From NCBI GenBank assembly GCA_951406725.2, contig OX597821.1, positions 87,234,001-87,298,000 on the forward strand: a stretch of DNA of 64,000 bases, given 5' to 3'. A program made the position numbers and the translations under genes. The DNA is from Octopus vulgaris. Lineage: Eukaryota. Positions 1-12,514 of this stretch are shown one piece after another (positions within the stretch are counted from its first letter, which is position 1; each line of letters begins with the position of its first letter). The notes beneath the pieces were generated by a model, which was not told the origin of the DNA, made no database searches, and saw only the letters and a program-made list of their open reading frames with translations.

Positions 1-397
1 ATTTTCAATAAAATTTCTGTTAATGCTAGCTACAGCTGCATGTGAAAAATAGTATTACAAATATCTAATTGCAACCTAAAATCCATAATCATCTTACAAA
101 CTGTCCAACTTCTGTGTAAATGAAGAAACATTTCTAGCTGCCCTCTGGATAAAGAGTGCCCATGGAAAGGAAGAGATGTAGATGTAGTATCATTACATCA
201 GGTTAATTTTGAGCACTTTGAAAACTAAATAAACACAAACATATCATTTCTCTAGATCAGTGGTTTTCAACAGGGATCCATATGGCCCCTGAGTGTCCAT
301 ATAAGATTTTTTGGGCGGGGAGTGGTGTCCATGCAACAAAATGATAAATTGGGGATTCACAGTAGTACTTTATCATTTACACCTTGTGTGTGTATAT

Positions 398-438
<41 letters not shown>

Positions 439-619
439 ATTTCTCTACTATTTTGAATAAATATATGTTCGTGTGTGAGTTGTTTATAGCAGTCATGAGA
501 AAAATGTACTCAATACTGAATGTAGAATATAATTTTGTTAATTCAATTGAAGTCTTATGCCATTTCTTAAGGTATAACGATTCTACTTCCGCCCAACTAC
601 GTGCACAAGAAAGTATCAG

Positions 620-743
620 CTGTGTGGCAAGTGGTTTGCTTCTCAACCACATGGTTTTGGGTTCAATCCAATTTGGGTGACATCTTGGTCAAATTATCTT
701 CTACTATAGTCCCAGGCCAACCGATATCTCATGAGTGTATTGA

Positions 744-826
<83 letters not shown>

Positions 827-1078
827 TGTGTGTGTGTCTGTGTGTGTGTCTGTGATCTTGACATCACGTAATAGTTGTGATACAAACAGTGTCATTCATT
901 TCCATTACTCGGCCAAAGCAGTTTTGTCCTGAGGAAATATTACCTTACTTGGAAACACGTGTGGGTTGGCAGCAGAAAAAGGGATCTTGCTATAGAAAAG
1001 TTGCCTCAATAAACTCAGCCTGACCTATACAAGCATGACACAGTGGACATTAAAAAGATGATGATGATGGTGATGATG
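620..1078 (+). mobile_element. Diverged tRNA-derived SINE: family-A-like head with a different 3' part ending in (GAT)n
   Basis: Head gctgtgtggcaagtggtttgcttctcaaccacatggttttgggttcaatcc resembles family A; internal (TG)n; tail ggacattaaaaagatgatgatg. A related 3' part lies at about 4010-4212. Confidence 0.6.
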
Positions 1079-1135
1079 AAAGTAATCCAACAATAAAATG
1101 GACCATGGGTGTAAAGGTTAAAGGTATGTAACTAC

Positions 1136-1354
1136 AGGCAGCGAACTGGCAGAATCGTTAGCACGCCGGGCAAAATACATAGCCATATTTCGTTCTGAGT
1201 TCAAATTCCGTCGAGGTCGACTTTGCCTTTCATCCTTTCGGGGTCAATAAATTAAGTACCAGTTACGCACTGGGGTCGATGTAATCGACTTAATCCGTTT
1301 GTCTGTCCTTGTTTGTCCCCTCTGTGTTTAGCCCCTTGTGGGTAATAAAGAAAT
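1136..1354 (+). mobile_element. tRNA-derived SINE family B (Meta/MESC-like central domain) with 14-bp target-site duplication (TSD)
   Basis: A/B-box-like head (tggcagaatcgttag...gagttcaaattcc), body gactttgcctttcatcctttcggggtc, tail aataaagaaat; aggtatgtaactac duplicated at 1122-1135 and 1355-1368. Confidence 0.85.
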
Positions 1355-1973
1355 AGGTATGTAACTACTGGTGATAGCTGCAACCATTTATCTGCAACTG
1401 AAATACTTACTGAAGGTCCTGAGTCTACCTCACAATATCCTGAATCTTAGAGAAGACTTATTTTTTTTGCCTTTGCATATAAAAATACAATCTTGGAATT
1501 TTCAGGTATATTCTTGTGCCTTTGGTTTTGAAATGCAAATAAGTTAAGTCTATAGGCATTGCATGGCAGGAAAAATTTTTAGCCAAAATGCAAATTATTC
1601 TATTAAAGGAAATTGGTTTGTTTCCTTTTAAGAAGAATGTTTTATTTTTCAAAAATTGTTTCATGTGTGATTTTTTCTCTTTGCGAGTGCATCACTTGAC
1701 CTGTGTTAAACAAATACATAAATGTACATGCACATAAATGCATGTGCATATGTGCATATGTGCAATATACATACACATGAATAAAGAATGAAGCAGAGAA
1801 GTTCTGGGACAATCTTGGATTTTGTGAATGATTTTTCATCACAGATCAGTATTTGCCATCTGATTAATCAAGAAATTGTTATACCTTAAGAAAAGGTATA
1901 AGACTCCAGTTGAATTAATGTAATTATAATCTACATCTTGCACTGAGTACATTTTCCTACACACACACACACA

Positions 1974-2034
<61 letters not shown>

Positions 2035-2236
2035 ACACACACACACACAAGCACACATACTCACACACAAATATATATTTAAGATAGTAGAGAAATTGTG
2101 TGTGTGTGTGTGTGTTTATATACATATACATACACACACACACACACATATATATATTATGCACACACATACACACACATATACATATATACATATATGT
2201 GTATACACACATATGAATACACATATACACAATATA

Positions 2237-2643
2237 CTCTTTACTCTTTTACTCTTTTACTTGTTTCAGTCATTTGACTGCGGCCATGCTGGAGCACCGC
2301 CTTTAATCGAGCAAGTCGACCACGGGACTTATTCTTTTGTAAGCCCAGTACTTATTCTATCGGTCTCTTTTGCTGAACCGCTAAGTAACGGGGACATAAA
2401 CACACCAGCATCGGTTGTCAAGCAATGCTAGGGGGACAAACGGATACACAAACACACACATACATATATACATATACATATATACGACGGGCTTCTTTTC
2501 AGTTTCCGTCTACCAAATCCACTCACAAGGCTTTGGTCGGCCCGAGGCTATAGTAGAAGACACTTGCCCAAGGTGCCACGCAGTGGGACTGAACCCGGAA
2601 CCATGTGGTTGGTAAACAAGCTACTTACCACACAGCCACTCCT
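2237..2643 (-). mobile_element. tRNA-derived SINE family A (CORE-like, internal TA/TG microsatellite)
   Basis: Near-identical to other copies: ggagtggctgtgtggtaag...ccttgggcaagtgtcttctac...ggcggtgctccagcatggccgcagtcaaatgactgaaac, then (agtaaaag)n tail. Confidence 0.9.
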
Positions 2644-2670
2644 GTGTACTTTTATATGTGCATATATATG

Positions 2671-2747
<77 letters not shown>

Positions 2748-3137
2748 ATATGTATGAATATTCATATTAGTTACAGAGTATATATACTAGTTACATACAA
2801 CTCTCAAGGGATCTATATGCTGTTCCCAAGACAATATATCAGGTTTCAGTACTATTCTTTCGGAAAGTAGGTTTAGCATTCTATCAACCATATTTTAAAG
2901 TACAACTGCAACAATATGAGTGAAATAAAAGACTTCATTGACCAGACGTTAATCAGTATATTTTAACGAGTAAAAGAATATCTTCTCATTTATAAATATG
3001 ATATATTTGTACAGTTAGATGTGTGACTGCAACAGTCAAACATTCAATTTTACTTGAAACAAGCAATGCTCTGGTTCCAAACAAACATGAAACGACAATG
3101 AGACATATGTAAAGAGCAAATCATATCATAAATAATA

Positions 3138-3212
3138 CAGGCTGTTCATAAATTATCTTTACAACATACTGTTTGTTTTATGAATTTGTAATGGTAATTT
3201 ATGGACACCCTG
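3138..3212. mobile_element. Very short Tc1/mariner-type MITE
   Basis: Imperfect TIRs caggctgttcataaatta / taatttatggacaccctg; TA on the left flank. Confidence 0.6.
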
Positions 3213-3249
3213 TGTGTGTATGTGTGTGTGTGTATATATATATATATAT

Positions 3250-3451
3250 AAAATGAAACTGGATCTCTTCTTGTCAGGTATCCCAGATGAACCAACTTCA
3301 CAGCAGGAGGTGCAGATGAGGGCAGCTGCATCGAACTCTCTCATGCACCAAATGGCAGTTGCTAAAAAGCATTCGTGAAGTAAAACCATGTAGCAACACC
3401 AAATGGAGGTGCCCCAGCATGGCCACAGATCGTAAGCTGAAACTAGAATCA

Positions 3452-3455
<4 letters not shown>
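3250..3455 (+). mobile_element. 3' end of a CR1-type LINE (ORF2 C-terminus plus 3' UTR)
   Basis: 3253-3378 translates MKLDLFLSGIPDEPTSQQEVQMRAAASNSLMHQMAVAKKHS*, a PDEP...RAAxSNSL C-terminus recalled from invertebrate CR1 elements; 3' UTR matches the family A SINE tail. Confidence 0.75.
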
Positions 3456-3487
<32 letters not shown>

Positions 3488-3492
<5 letters not shown>

Positions 3493-3783
3493 ATACAATA
3501 TGTTACATTACTCGGTAGTCAAGATAAAACTCTGAGTTTCAGATGCCGAAGGAAATCCACAACACCATCTCTTCGGTTATCTGGCTATTTGAAAACGTTA
3601 TGAAAAATTTTTCAAATAGCCAGATAACCGAAGAGATGGTGTTGTGATTTCCACTTCGGCATCTGAAACTCAGAGTTTTATCTTGACTACCGAGTAATGT
3701 AACATATTGTATAGATAAATTTCCTCTATTTACATAATATTGAGGTCTCTTTCTTTCTTTTGTTATCTTACCGTTTTATCAAT
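3488..3783. mobile_element. PLE-type fold-back cassette with an HHR-like motif in each arm, in (TA)n
   Basis: About 108-bp inverted arms at 3488-3595 and 3609-3717; + strand gataa-CCGAAGA-gatg..catct-GAAAC-tcaga-GTT-ttatc at 3623-3682. Confidence 0.75.
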
Positions 3784-3821
3784 ATATATATATACATATA
3801 TAAATATATATATATGATACA

Positions 3822-3862
<41 letters not shown>

Positions 3863-4240
3863 TTAAGAAATGGAGTCAAACGCAAGTATTACTCAAATCA
3901 TTTATACTTCCAACATATGTTTCGAAGAAAGCATTGATAATATTCCGGAGAAACAAAAATGACGTGTGTGTGTGTGTGTATATGCATGTGTGGCGTGTGT
4001 TTGAGTCTCTTTGTCTTGGCATTGGGTAATTAGTTGTAAAAGAGGAACCGTCATAACAGTGGGGTCCTTGCTTCCAATATTCCATGAAACAAGTCCACCA
4101 ATAAGGAAATATTACCTTGTATGGAGTAGAAACAGATGCGGGCTGGCGATAAAAAAAAATTATTTTAATGAATTCCGTTTGATCCATGAGGGCATAGAAA
4201 GTAGACGATAAACTGTGTGTACAGTAAACCCTCGACTATC

Positions 4241-4313
4241 TCGGGCCGACCAAAGCCTTGTGAGTGGATTTGGTAGACAGAAACTGAAAGAAGCCCGTCG
4301 TACGTATATATAC

Positions 4314-4405
<92 letters not shown>

Positions 4406-4608
4406 TTGTGTGTCTGTGTTTGTCCCTTCAACATCGCTTGACAACCGATGCTGGTGTGTTTAGGTCCCCGTAACTTAGTGGTTCGGCAAAAGAGACCGAT
4501 AGACTAAGTACTAGGCTTACAAAGAATAAGTCGATGTGCTCGACTAAAAGGCGGTGCTCCAGCATGGCCACAGTCAAATGACTGAAACAAGTAAAAGAGT
4601 AAAAGAAT
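4241..4608 (+). mobile_element. SINE family A, 5'-truncated
   Basis: Body and tail match the other family A copies. Confidence 0.88.
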
Positions 4609-5460
4609 ATTTATTTTATTATAAATGCAAAACAACACCACAGAGGAATCGACGTAAGCTTAAAAAATAAACCGCGATGGGTAAACCGCGATGAGTAAAC
4701 CGCGATATTGTGAGGGATTACTGGATACATGTTTGTATATATCAGAATATGTATGTGTGTCAATATATGTAACACACACACGTACGCACACACAAATTTA
4801 TCACCATCGTTGTCATTACCAATGGAATTTCCCTTGATATTGTCAGAATGAAAACGAAAGAGGATGTTTGTTTATTTAACAGAAAGGTCTCGTACATCGC
4901 ACGGATTCACTAAGTCGTCATATATATGTGTATACACACTCGCACATACACACACAAACATGCACACACATACGCACGTATACACTTATATAAGTATGCG
5001 TGGTCGAGCGATGTTTGGTGCGTTGTTTTTAACCTAAATAATATAATAGGAAATTTAAAGAAATTCCAGTGATACTAATAATAACAACGTAATTGTTCTC
5101 TACTCGTTTTATTTTCTCCGCACTTAAAAATATATTATTAAAAATTATGCCATTATGAACAGTAGTAAACAACTCTGTAATTAAAAGAGCACTGTTAATT
5201 AACTTTTAAAATAACAGGAATAAAATAAAACTTGGAAATATAATTGTGAAAAGAAAAAAAATACCCATTTTACTTCTAATATTTTCATTGTTTTATGAGT
5301 TCCATAATATTGGTTCTTAGAGCGTCGAACAAAATTTCAAGCAGCAGTTCAAATCTCGCCGGTGTCATATTTGCTTTCCATCCTTCCAAGGTACCAGTCA
5401 AATGCTGGAGGTTAACTACACCCCTCCCCTAAATTTCAGCTCTTGTGCCCATATTATTGT

Positions 5461-5768
5461 GTGGTCTACGTGGCCATTCACACTAACATGCAGTCTAACC
5501 CTAAACCCTAAACCAGTGCTTTTCAAACTTTTTGCTTGAGCGGAACCCCAAGGAAACATTCCACTGGCTCGGGGAACCCATGTGCAATAATTTAATAGTC
5601 TTATGCACACATATCTGCACAGGAGAATTAAAAATTACTGCCGATTTTAGCAGTTTTGTAACTTCTTGCGAAACCCTGGTTGAAAACCACTGCCCTAAAC
5701 ACTCGCCCTAAACCTTAACCCTAATCCTAATCCTAACCCAGATCAGCTCATTTCACAGCGTAGACTAC
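5461..5768. mobile_element. Unclassified element with internal (CCCTAA)-like repeats, interrupted by a hAT MITE
   Basis: Short inverted ends gtggtctacg / cgtagactac around taaccc/ccctaa runs. Confidence 0.4.
5514..5692. mobile_element. hAT (Charlie-like) MITE with 8-bp TSD
   Basis: TIRs cagtgcttttcaa / ttgaaaaccactg; ccctaaac duplicated at 5506-5513 and 5693-5700. Confidence 0.88.
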
Positions 5769-6559
5769 GGAAATGTGGTAGATCAGGTAAAGCAGCACTG
5801 CAGGTTCCAAGTATGACAAGTATTATTTAGATTTCCTGAACGACTTGGACAAACTGCAACGAGTGGTCTTGGTTATACTAAGCGATTTTATTAAGTTATC
5901 CAGTTAGGATAGTCTAAGTTGTCAATACTTTTGGCTTCTTGGATACAAAGACAAAATATAAACGGTCTGTACAGGCAATTTAGACAAGACTCTTAAACTG
6001 TCTCCGATACTGGAAACTGTAATGCATCTTTTCCAGAACAAAAATATTTCGGACACCGATTCAACCAATTGCTTAGACGAAAATTGATGACTGGTGTTTG
6101 GGCTTCAGGAAAATTGAAAATTATAGCAGAATATGTCAGTTTAAGGAAGCTGTAGCAATAGAGAATTATTAGAGGAGAAGCTAGTCAACCGACTGGAGAC
6201 GAACAAATAAGCTTACTTATGATGCGCTTGCTATGAGAATGACCCTTGACCATTTGCTTGATATGGCACAAGAAAGATGCATGGTTCGTGCTAGGGTGGA
6301 TACTCTGAAGCGTGACGATATGAAAGCCGTTGAATGATTCTGTGCAACAGAAGCGCACCGTGTCAATGAAGCCACGCTTCAATATTGGCTGACCATGGCA
6401 GGTGCGGTCAATCTGATTTCAAGTAGATGGAGTACGGTTTCGGTATCACTCTGCCGAACTGTTCGCAAGGAACGATAAACTAGAGATGCTTAGTTCGAAC
6501 GGTCAGCAGAAACCCTCATCCGAAGACAAAGGCTGCTGCGAACAATCTACCTACCTACA

Positions 6560-6929
6560 TGGAAGCACTCCGTCGGTTACGACGACGAGGGTTCCGGTTG
6601 ATCCGATCAACGGAACAGCCTGCTCGTAAAATTAACGTGTAAGTGGTTGAGCATTCCACAGACACGTGTACCCTTAACGCAGATCTCGGGGATATTCAGC
6701 GTGACACAGAGTGTGACAAGGCCGGCCCCTTGAAATACAGGTACAACAGAAACAGGAAGTAAGAGTGAGAGAAAGTTGTGATGAAAGAGTACAGCAGGGA
6801 TCACCACCATCCCTGCTGGAGCCTCGTGGAGCTTCAGGTGTTTTCACTCACAACGCCCGGTCTGGGAATCGAAACCGCGATCCTATGACCGCGAGTCCGC
6901 TGCCCTAACCACAGGGCCATTGCGCCTCC
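6560..6929 (-). mobile_element. tRNA-derived SINE (family C2; possibly Arg-tRNA-related head)
   Basis: Minus-strand head ggaggcgcaatggccctgtggttagggcagcggactcgcggtcataggatcgcggtttcgattccc; 3' half shared with 58460-58645. Confidence 0.8.
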
Positions 6930-7839
6930 ACACCTACCTACCTACCTACCTACCTACCTACCTACCTACCTACCCACCTAACTACCAACCAACCTACCTT
7001 CCTTCCTACTTATCTACCTACACACACACAAGCACACATATAACCTTAAAAGAATAGGGATATAAAATCTGGGCTGGTACACACACATACATACACACAT
7101 ACATACTCACATATATATACATATATATACATATATATATACATACATATATATATGTGCATACATGCATACATTTGTTCAATCCTTGATATGTGTATAT
7201 ACATATATACATACATTTGTATACACCCACACATACATACATACATACCTACATACATATATTGAGAGTGAGAAAGCTGAGAAAATTTTCTTTATAATCG
7301 CGTGTAACGAATTTTTTTCCGTCTTTTTTTTTCTTTTAAAATTCGTCATTTCTTTTTCTTTTGTATTTTATTCTTTGATGGCAATGAAAGGATTTAATAA
7401 TTGCTATTGTTGTTATTGTTCCTGTTGTTGTTGTTGCTGTGAGGCAAATGTAACTGAGACCCTAAAATCTACTTAACTTAAGCCGAGAAGAGAAGTATCT
7501 TTTCTGTTTGTAACCTGTTACTATTCCCCCTTTTTTTTATACATCGCACAAGTATGCGTATGTATGTGTGTTTATATGGATGGGCGGAAGCGGGTGCATA
7601 TGTGTGTGTATATAAGCGTGTTGTGTACATTTAAGTGTTTGTATATATATGTGTGTGTGATAACAGGAGACAGGGAGGGATGGGGATAAAATTCCTTTAC
7701 ACTACAATCCTGCTGTGGACCCTTGTTTGTTTTTCTTTTGTTTTTACGAACTTAAAAATTAAAACACCCAAGAGAGGTAAAGGTTGTCCAAACGCAGAAC
7801 ACGCGCACACATACAGAGTGAAAAATAATGCTTACATAA

Positions 7840-8249
7840 GCGTAGGAGTGGTTGTGTGGTAAGTAGCTTGCTAACCAACCACATGGTTCCGGGTTCAGTC
7901 CCACTGCGTGGCATCATGGGCAAGTGTCTTCTGCTATAGCCCCAGGCCGACCAATGCCTTGTGAGTGGATCTGGTAGACGGAAACTGAAAGAAGCCTGTC
8001 GTATATATGTATATATATATATATATATAAGTGTGTGTGTATATGTTTGTGTGTCTGTGTTTGTCCCCCTAGCATTACTTGACAACCGATGTTGGTGTGT
8101 TTAGGCCCCCGTCACTTAGCGGTTCGGCAAAAGAGACCGATAGAATAAGTACTAAGTGTACAAAGAATAAGTCCTGGGGTCGATTTGCTCGACTAAAGGC
8201 GGTGCTCCAGCATGGCCGCAGTCAAATGACTGAAACAAGTAAAAGAGTA
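7840..8249 (+). mobile_element. SINE family A, full length
   Basis: Head, CORE-like body, TA/TG insert and tail all present. Confidence 0.9.
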
Positions 8250-8324
8250 AGCATGGATGTATGCAGCACACATAGAAGCATATACATACACACATTACAC
8301 ACGCGCACACATCATTTGTAGAAA

Positions 8325-8484
8325 TACATAAATCCGGGAGAGAAGCATTCCCTGAGATATAGAGCAGTTAATATTATAACGGGGGTCGGTTCTTAGGCAA
8401 GCAGTGTTTGGGGTCCGAAAATACGCCGTAAGGTTAAAGCCCTTAAGAGCGAGAAACCCAGAGTAACCCCATAAACCGACCCCC

Positions 8485-8494
<10 letters not shown>
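8325..8494. mobile_element. Fold-back cassette with an HHR-like motif next to (TA)n
   Basis: About 20-bp inverted repeat atattataacgggggtcggtt / aaccgacccccattataatat; tggggt-CCGAAAA-stem II-GAAAC-ccaga-GTA-acccca at 8409-8471. Confidence 0.6.
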
Positions 8495-8552
<58 letters not shown>

Positions 8553-8816
8553 AAGGGGTAAAGACCCCCTTCGGTCATGTGTGACCATGGGTTTGCACCT
8601 AGAGAGTTACCCTCTGAGGCACAAGTCTGGGCAAGGTTGTTTTTATGGAAGACCAGCAGTCGCCCATGCATACCGGCCTCCCCTCTCCACGCCACCAGTG
8701 TTATCCAAGGGAAAGACAAAGGTCGATACAGCTTGGCACCAGAGACGTCGCAACTCATTTCTACAGCTGAGTGAACTGGAGCAACGTGAAATAAAGTGCT
8801 TTGCTCAAGAACACAT
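8553..8816 (-). mobile_element. Headless SINE (CORE-like domain with a distinct 3' tail)
   Basis: Minus strand tgtgttcttgagcaaagcactttatttcacgttgctccagttcactcagctg matches the family C central domain. Confidence 0.7.
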
Positions 8817-8874
8817 AATTATTAAAATTATATATATTTGTAAATGTGATATGTGGCAATTATTCGGTAGCCAT

Positions 8875-8935
8875 GATAAAACTCCGAGTTTCGGACGTCG
8901 GATCGGAAATCCACGCCGCCGTCTCTTCAGTTATC
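8875..8935 (-). ncRNA. Type I hammerhead ribozyme motif (same family as 3623-3682)
   Basis: gataa-CTGAAGA-gacg...cgtcc-GAAAC-tcgga-GTT-ttatc; canonical core with paired stem I. Confidence 0.75.
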
Positions 8936-9105
8936 CGGCCATCATACGACGGGCTTCTTTCAGTTTCCTGCTACGAAATCCACTCACAAGGCTTTGGTCG
9001 GCCCGAGGCTATAGTAGAAGACACTTGCCCAAGGTGCCACGCAGTGGGACTGAACCCGGAACCATGTAGTTGGGAACCATACTTCTTACCACACAGCCAC
9101 ATTCT

Positions 9106-9228
<123 letters not shown>

Positions 9229-9523
9229 TACACACACACACCTCGTACCAGCTGGATTAAATCCACATAATTAATTGCTGATATATAGGATTTTCAATTC
9301 TTCCTCATACATTATCACAAATCACCACTACCACCGCCGCCGCCACTATCACCATCACCATCACCATCACTACCGCCACCACTACTACCACCATCCACCC
9401 CTCCCACCAATACCGTCATCACCACTTAGTTGTCATCGCCCACACACGTACCTTGTTGAAGCCAAAAATCCCTTTAAACGGAAACATCCAACAAAGGGCG
9501 TTATTTCTCAAAGTTTAATACGC

Positions 9524-9562
<39 letters not shown>

Positions 9563-9571
9563 AACACACAC

Positions 9572-9619
<48 letters not shown>

Positions 9620-9651
9620 CAAAGACACACACACACAAACACACACACATA

Positions 9652-9703
<52 letters not shown>

Positions 9704-9768
9704 GACAAAGACAAACACACACAAACACACACACATACACACACACACACAGACAAACACACACTCAA

Positions 9769-9803
<35 letters not shown>

Positions 9804-9918
9804 TACAGAGGGGAAGGGTGAAAGAGAGAGACACACTTATACATACACAGGGTGAGAACAAAAGATTTAGAATGTGTTAAAAGAAGAGAGTGAGAGAGAG
9901 AGAAAGAGCGCGTGATAG

Positions 9919-9950
<32 letters not shown>

Positions 9951-10146
9951 TGAGAGAGAGAGAAAGATAGAGAGAGAGGGAGAGAGAAGGATGATAAAAA
10001 TAAAGCCGCAAGTAGTATGGAGAAAGGAGGAAAGACTACGTCGCCGTTATTTACATAGCACAGTCAGCTCTGTTGTTTTTACTTGGGGTGCTCTGTTACA
10101 GGGAAACTGTCTAATTACAAAGCACATAAGTGTGACTGTGTGTGTG

Positions 10147-10191
<45 letters not shown>

Positions 10192-10241
10192 GTGTGTGTG
10201 ATCGCTCTCGTGTATACTTCTATACATACACACACAATAGA

Positions 10242-10303
<62 letters not shown>

Positions 10304-10436
10304 GTGTGTGCGTGCGTATATGTGTGTGTATATATATATATATACATACACACACACACACACACACATATATATAATAGTCAAATGACTGAAACAAGTA
10401 AAAGAAAAATGAAAGAAAATATATATGAATGTTTGC

Positions 10437-10476
<40 letters not shown>

Positions 10477-10479
<3 letters not shown>

Positions 10480-10683
10480 AGGTCCCGGGTTGATTCGGGG
10501 TTAACCACAGTAAATAAGGTACTCAATACATAGCAGAGTAAAATTAATTTATTATATAGAAGGAGCTTCTACAGGACTAGAACTGTTTCATTCAAGAGAA
10601 ATCATCAGGAAGCACTGAGCTTCCTGATGATTTCTCTTGAATGAAACAGTTCTAGTCCTGTAGAAGCTCCTTCTATATAATAA

Positions 10684-10685
<2 letters not shown>
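10477..10685. mobile_element. PLE-type fold-back cassette with a canonical type I hammerhead on both strands, in (TA)n
   Basis: Perfect 67-bp inverted arms 10547-10613 and 10619-10685; agcttc-CTGATGA-tttctcttgaat-GAAAC-ag..ct-GTA-gaagct at 10618-10668. Confidence 0.85.
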
Positions 10686-10716
<31 letters not shown>

Positions 10717-10745
10717 TATATACATACATATACATATACATATAC

Positions 10746-10806
<61 letters not shown>

Positions 10807-10834
10807 TATACATAAACACACACACACATATATT

Positions 10835-11065
10835 CAGGCTTGGTCTTTTTCTCTGATGTCCGAAGAACTTAGCATCTTGCCTCCTTATGTTGATAAGCCG
10901 TCTTCTAGTCGTTCCTGGCGGTTTACGCTCGTTTAAGGACTTCGACGTTTTTCTTATTCTCTCTGTATTCGTCAAAGGAAACGCTTCTCTGCAGCTTTCA
11001 AAAGCTTCTGCATCTGTTTGTTGATGTTCCAGGCCGCACAAGTCATATTGTAAAGAATATTCATT
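10835..11065 (-). pseudogene. RTE-clade LINE ORF remnant (post-RT region)
   Basis: Frameshifted peptides [32 protein letters not shown] and [14 protein letters not shown] resemble the RTE pattern CEAWT...EAAEMWFLRR...NEEVL...RQLKFFGH. Confidence 0.75.
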
Positions 11066-11504
11066 AGACTAGCAGAAACAACCTGTAAACTTCTTGATAA
11101 ACGATAGGAGGCAAACAGGCCTAGTTTATTGGATATCAAACGGAAGGCAAACATTTGAACATTTACAGATGGAAAATTGGGAAAAAAAAAACAAAGTTAA
11201 CTTAAGAAAAATCCATCGTGCAACGGGAGGTGTCGGAAATCCAAGACGCCGACGCCTACAAGCATGCCACATAAAACACACACACACACACACACACGCA
11301 CACACATATGGGGGGTGAAGATTGTAGCATTGCCTACGCAGTGTGTGATTTGAACTGTGTAGTACGGTTAAGTACTACACCAAAGCGACTTCACAACTTT
11401 TATCTTCTGAATTAGAAGACTTGACCAAACAAGCTAGGATAACACCTGCTCGCTGCATCCATCCATCCATCCATCCATCCATCCATCCATCCATCCATCC
11501 ATCC

Positions 11505-11804
<300 letters not shown>

Positions 11805-11805
11805 G

Positions 11806-11859
<54 letters not shown>

Positions 11860-12514
11860 ATGTTCGTAAGTGTGTACAACATGTATATATATAACATGTT
11901 ATACATACACAAACACTCACACATAGTTTGTGCGTGTATATGTGTATACTGTATGCAAAATTTCCTACACGCTCTTGTACTGCCGGACCCTCTCTATCTT
12001 ATTGTGTAAACTCTAATGTACTGCTAACATTTGATTATACCTCCCACGCTCCTTCCTCAGTTCATTAATGACCACAAGCACTTACAATTGATATTACATT
12101 TGATTATGGCTTCAGTTGGTAATTACTTCATTCTTTATTAATCTTATGCAAACAAGCATCATCCACTTACAATAATGATTCTTCTCATCTGACTTGTACT
12201 GATTCTTGGATCAGAGACAACAAACTGCCCTCTAATATAAACTTACCCAGACTTCTTAAACACCATATAAGGTCAGTCGTCATGCATATCAAGAGTAAAA
12301 GTACCCAAATCTCTCGCTCTGGGTAGGAGTACCATACATTGAAAAGCTTCAAAGTTGGGTAAAAATACTGACCTTCATAATCTCCGATATTTTCTGATGG
12401 TACGTCATATATATACATTTATATGAGTGTGCGTATGCATGCGTGTCCAGATTTAAGGAACGGAACAAGTAAAATCCAGTCTACGCATGTTTCCTGTTTA
12501 ACTAAGATATCTTC

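Noticed and set aside
5900-6545. Complex sequence that could be a decayed retroelement ORF
   Set aside because: Only a faint KEAxxI-like peptide; not assignable by eye.
6860-6929. tRNA-like sequence as a tRNA gene
   Set aside because: It is a SINE head that runs into SINE body; no complete cloverleaf.
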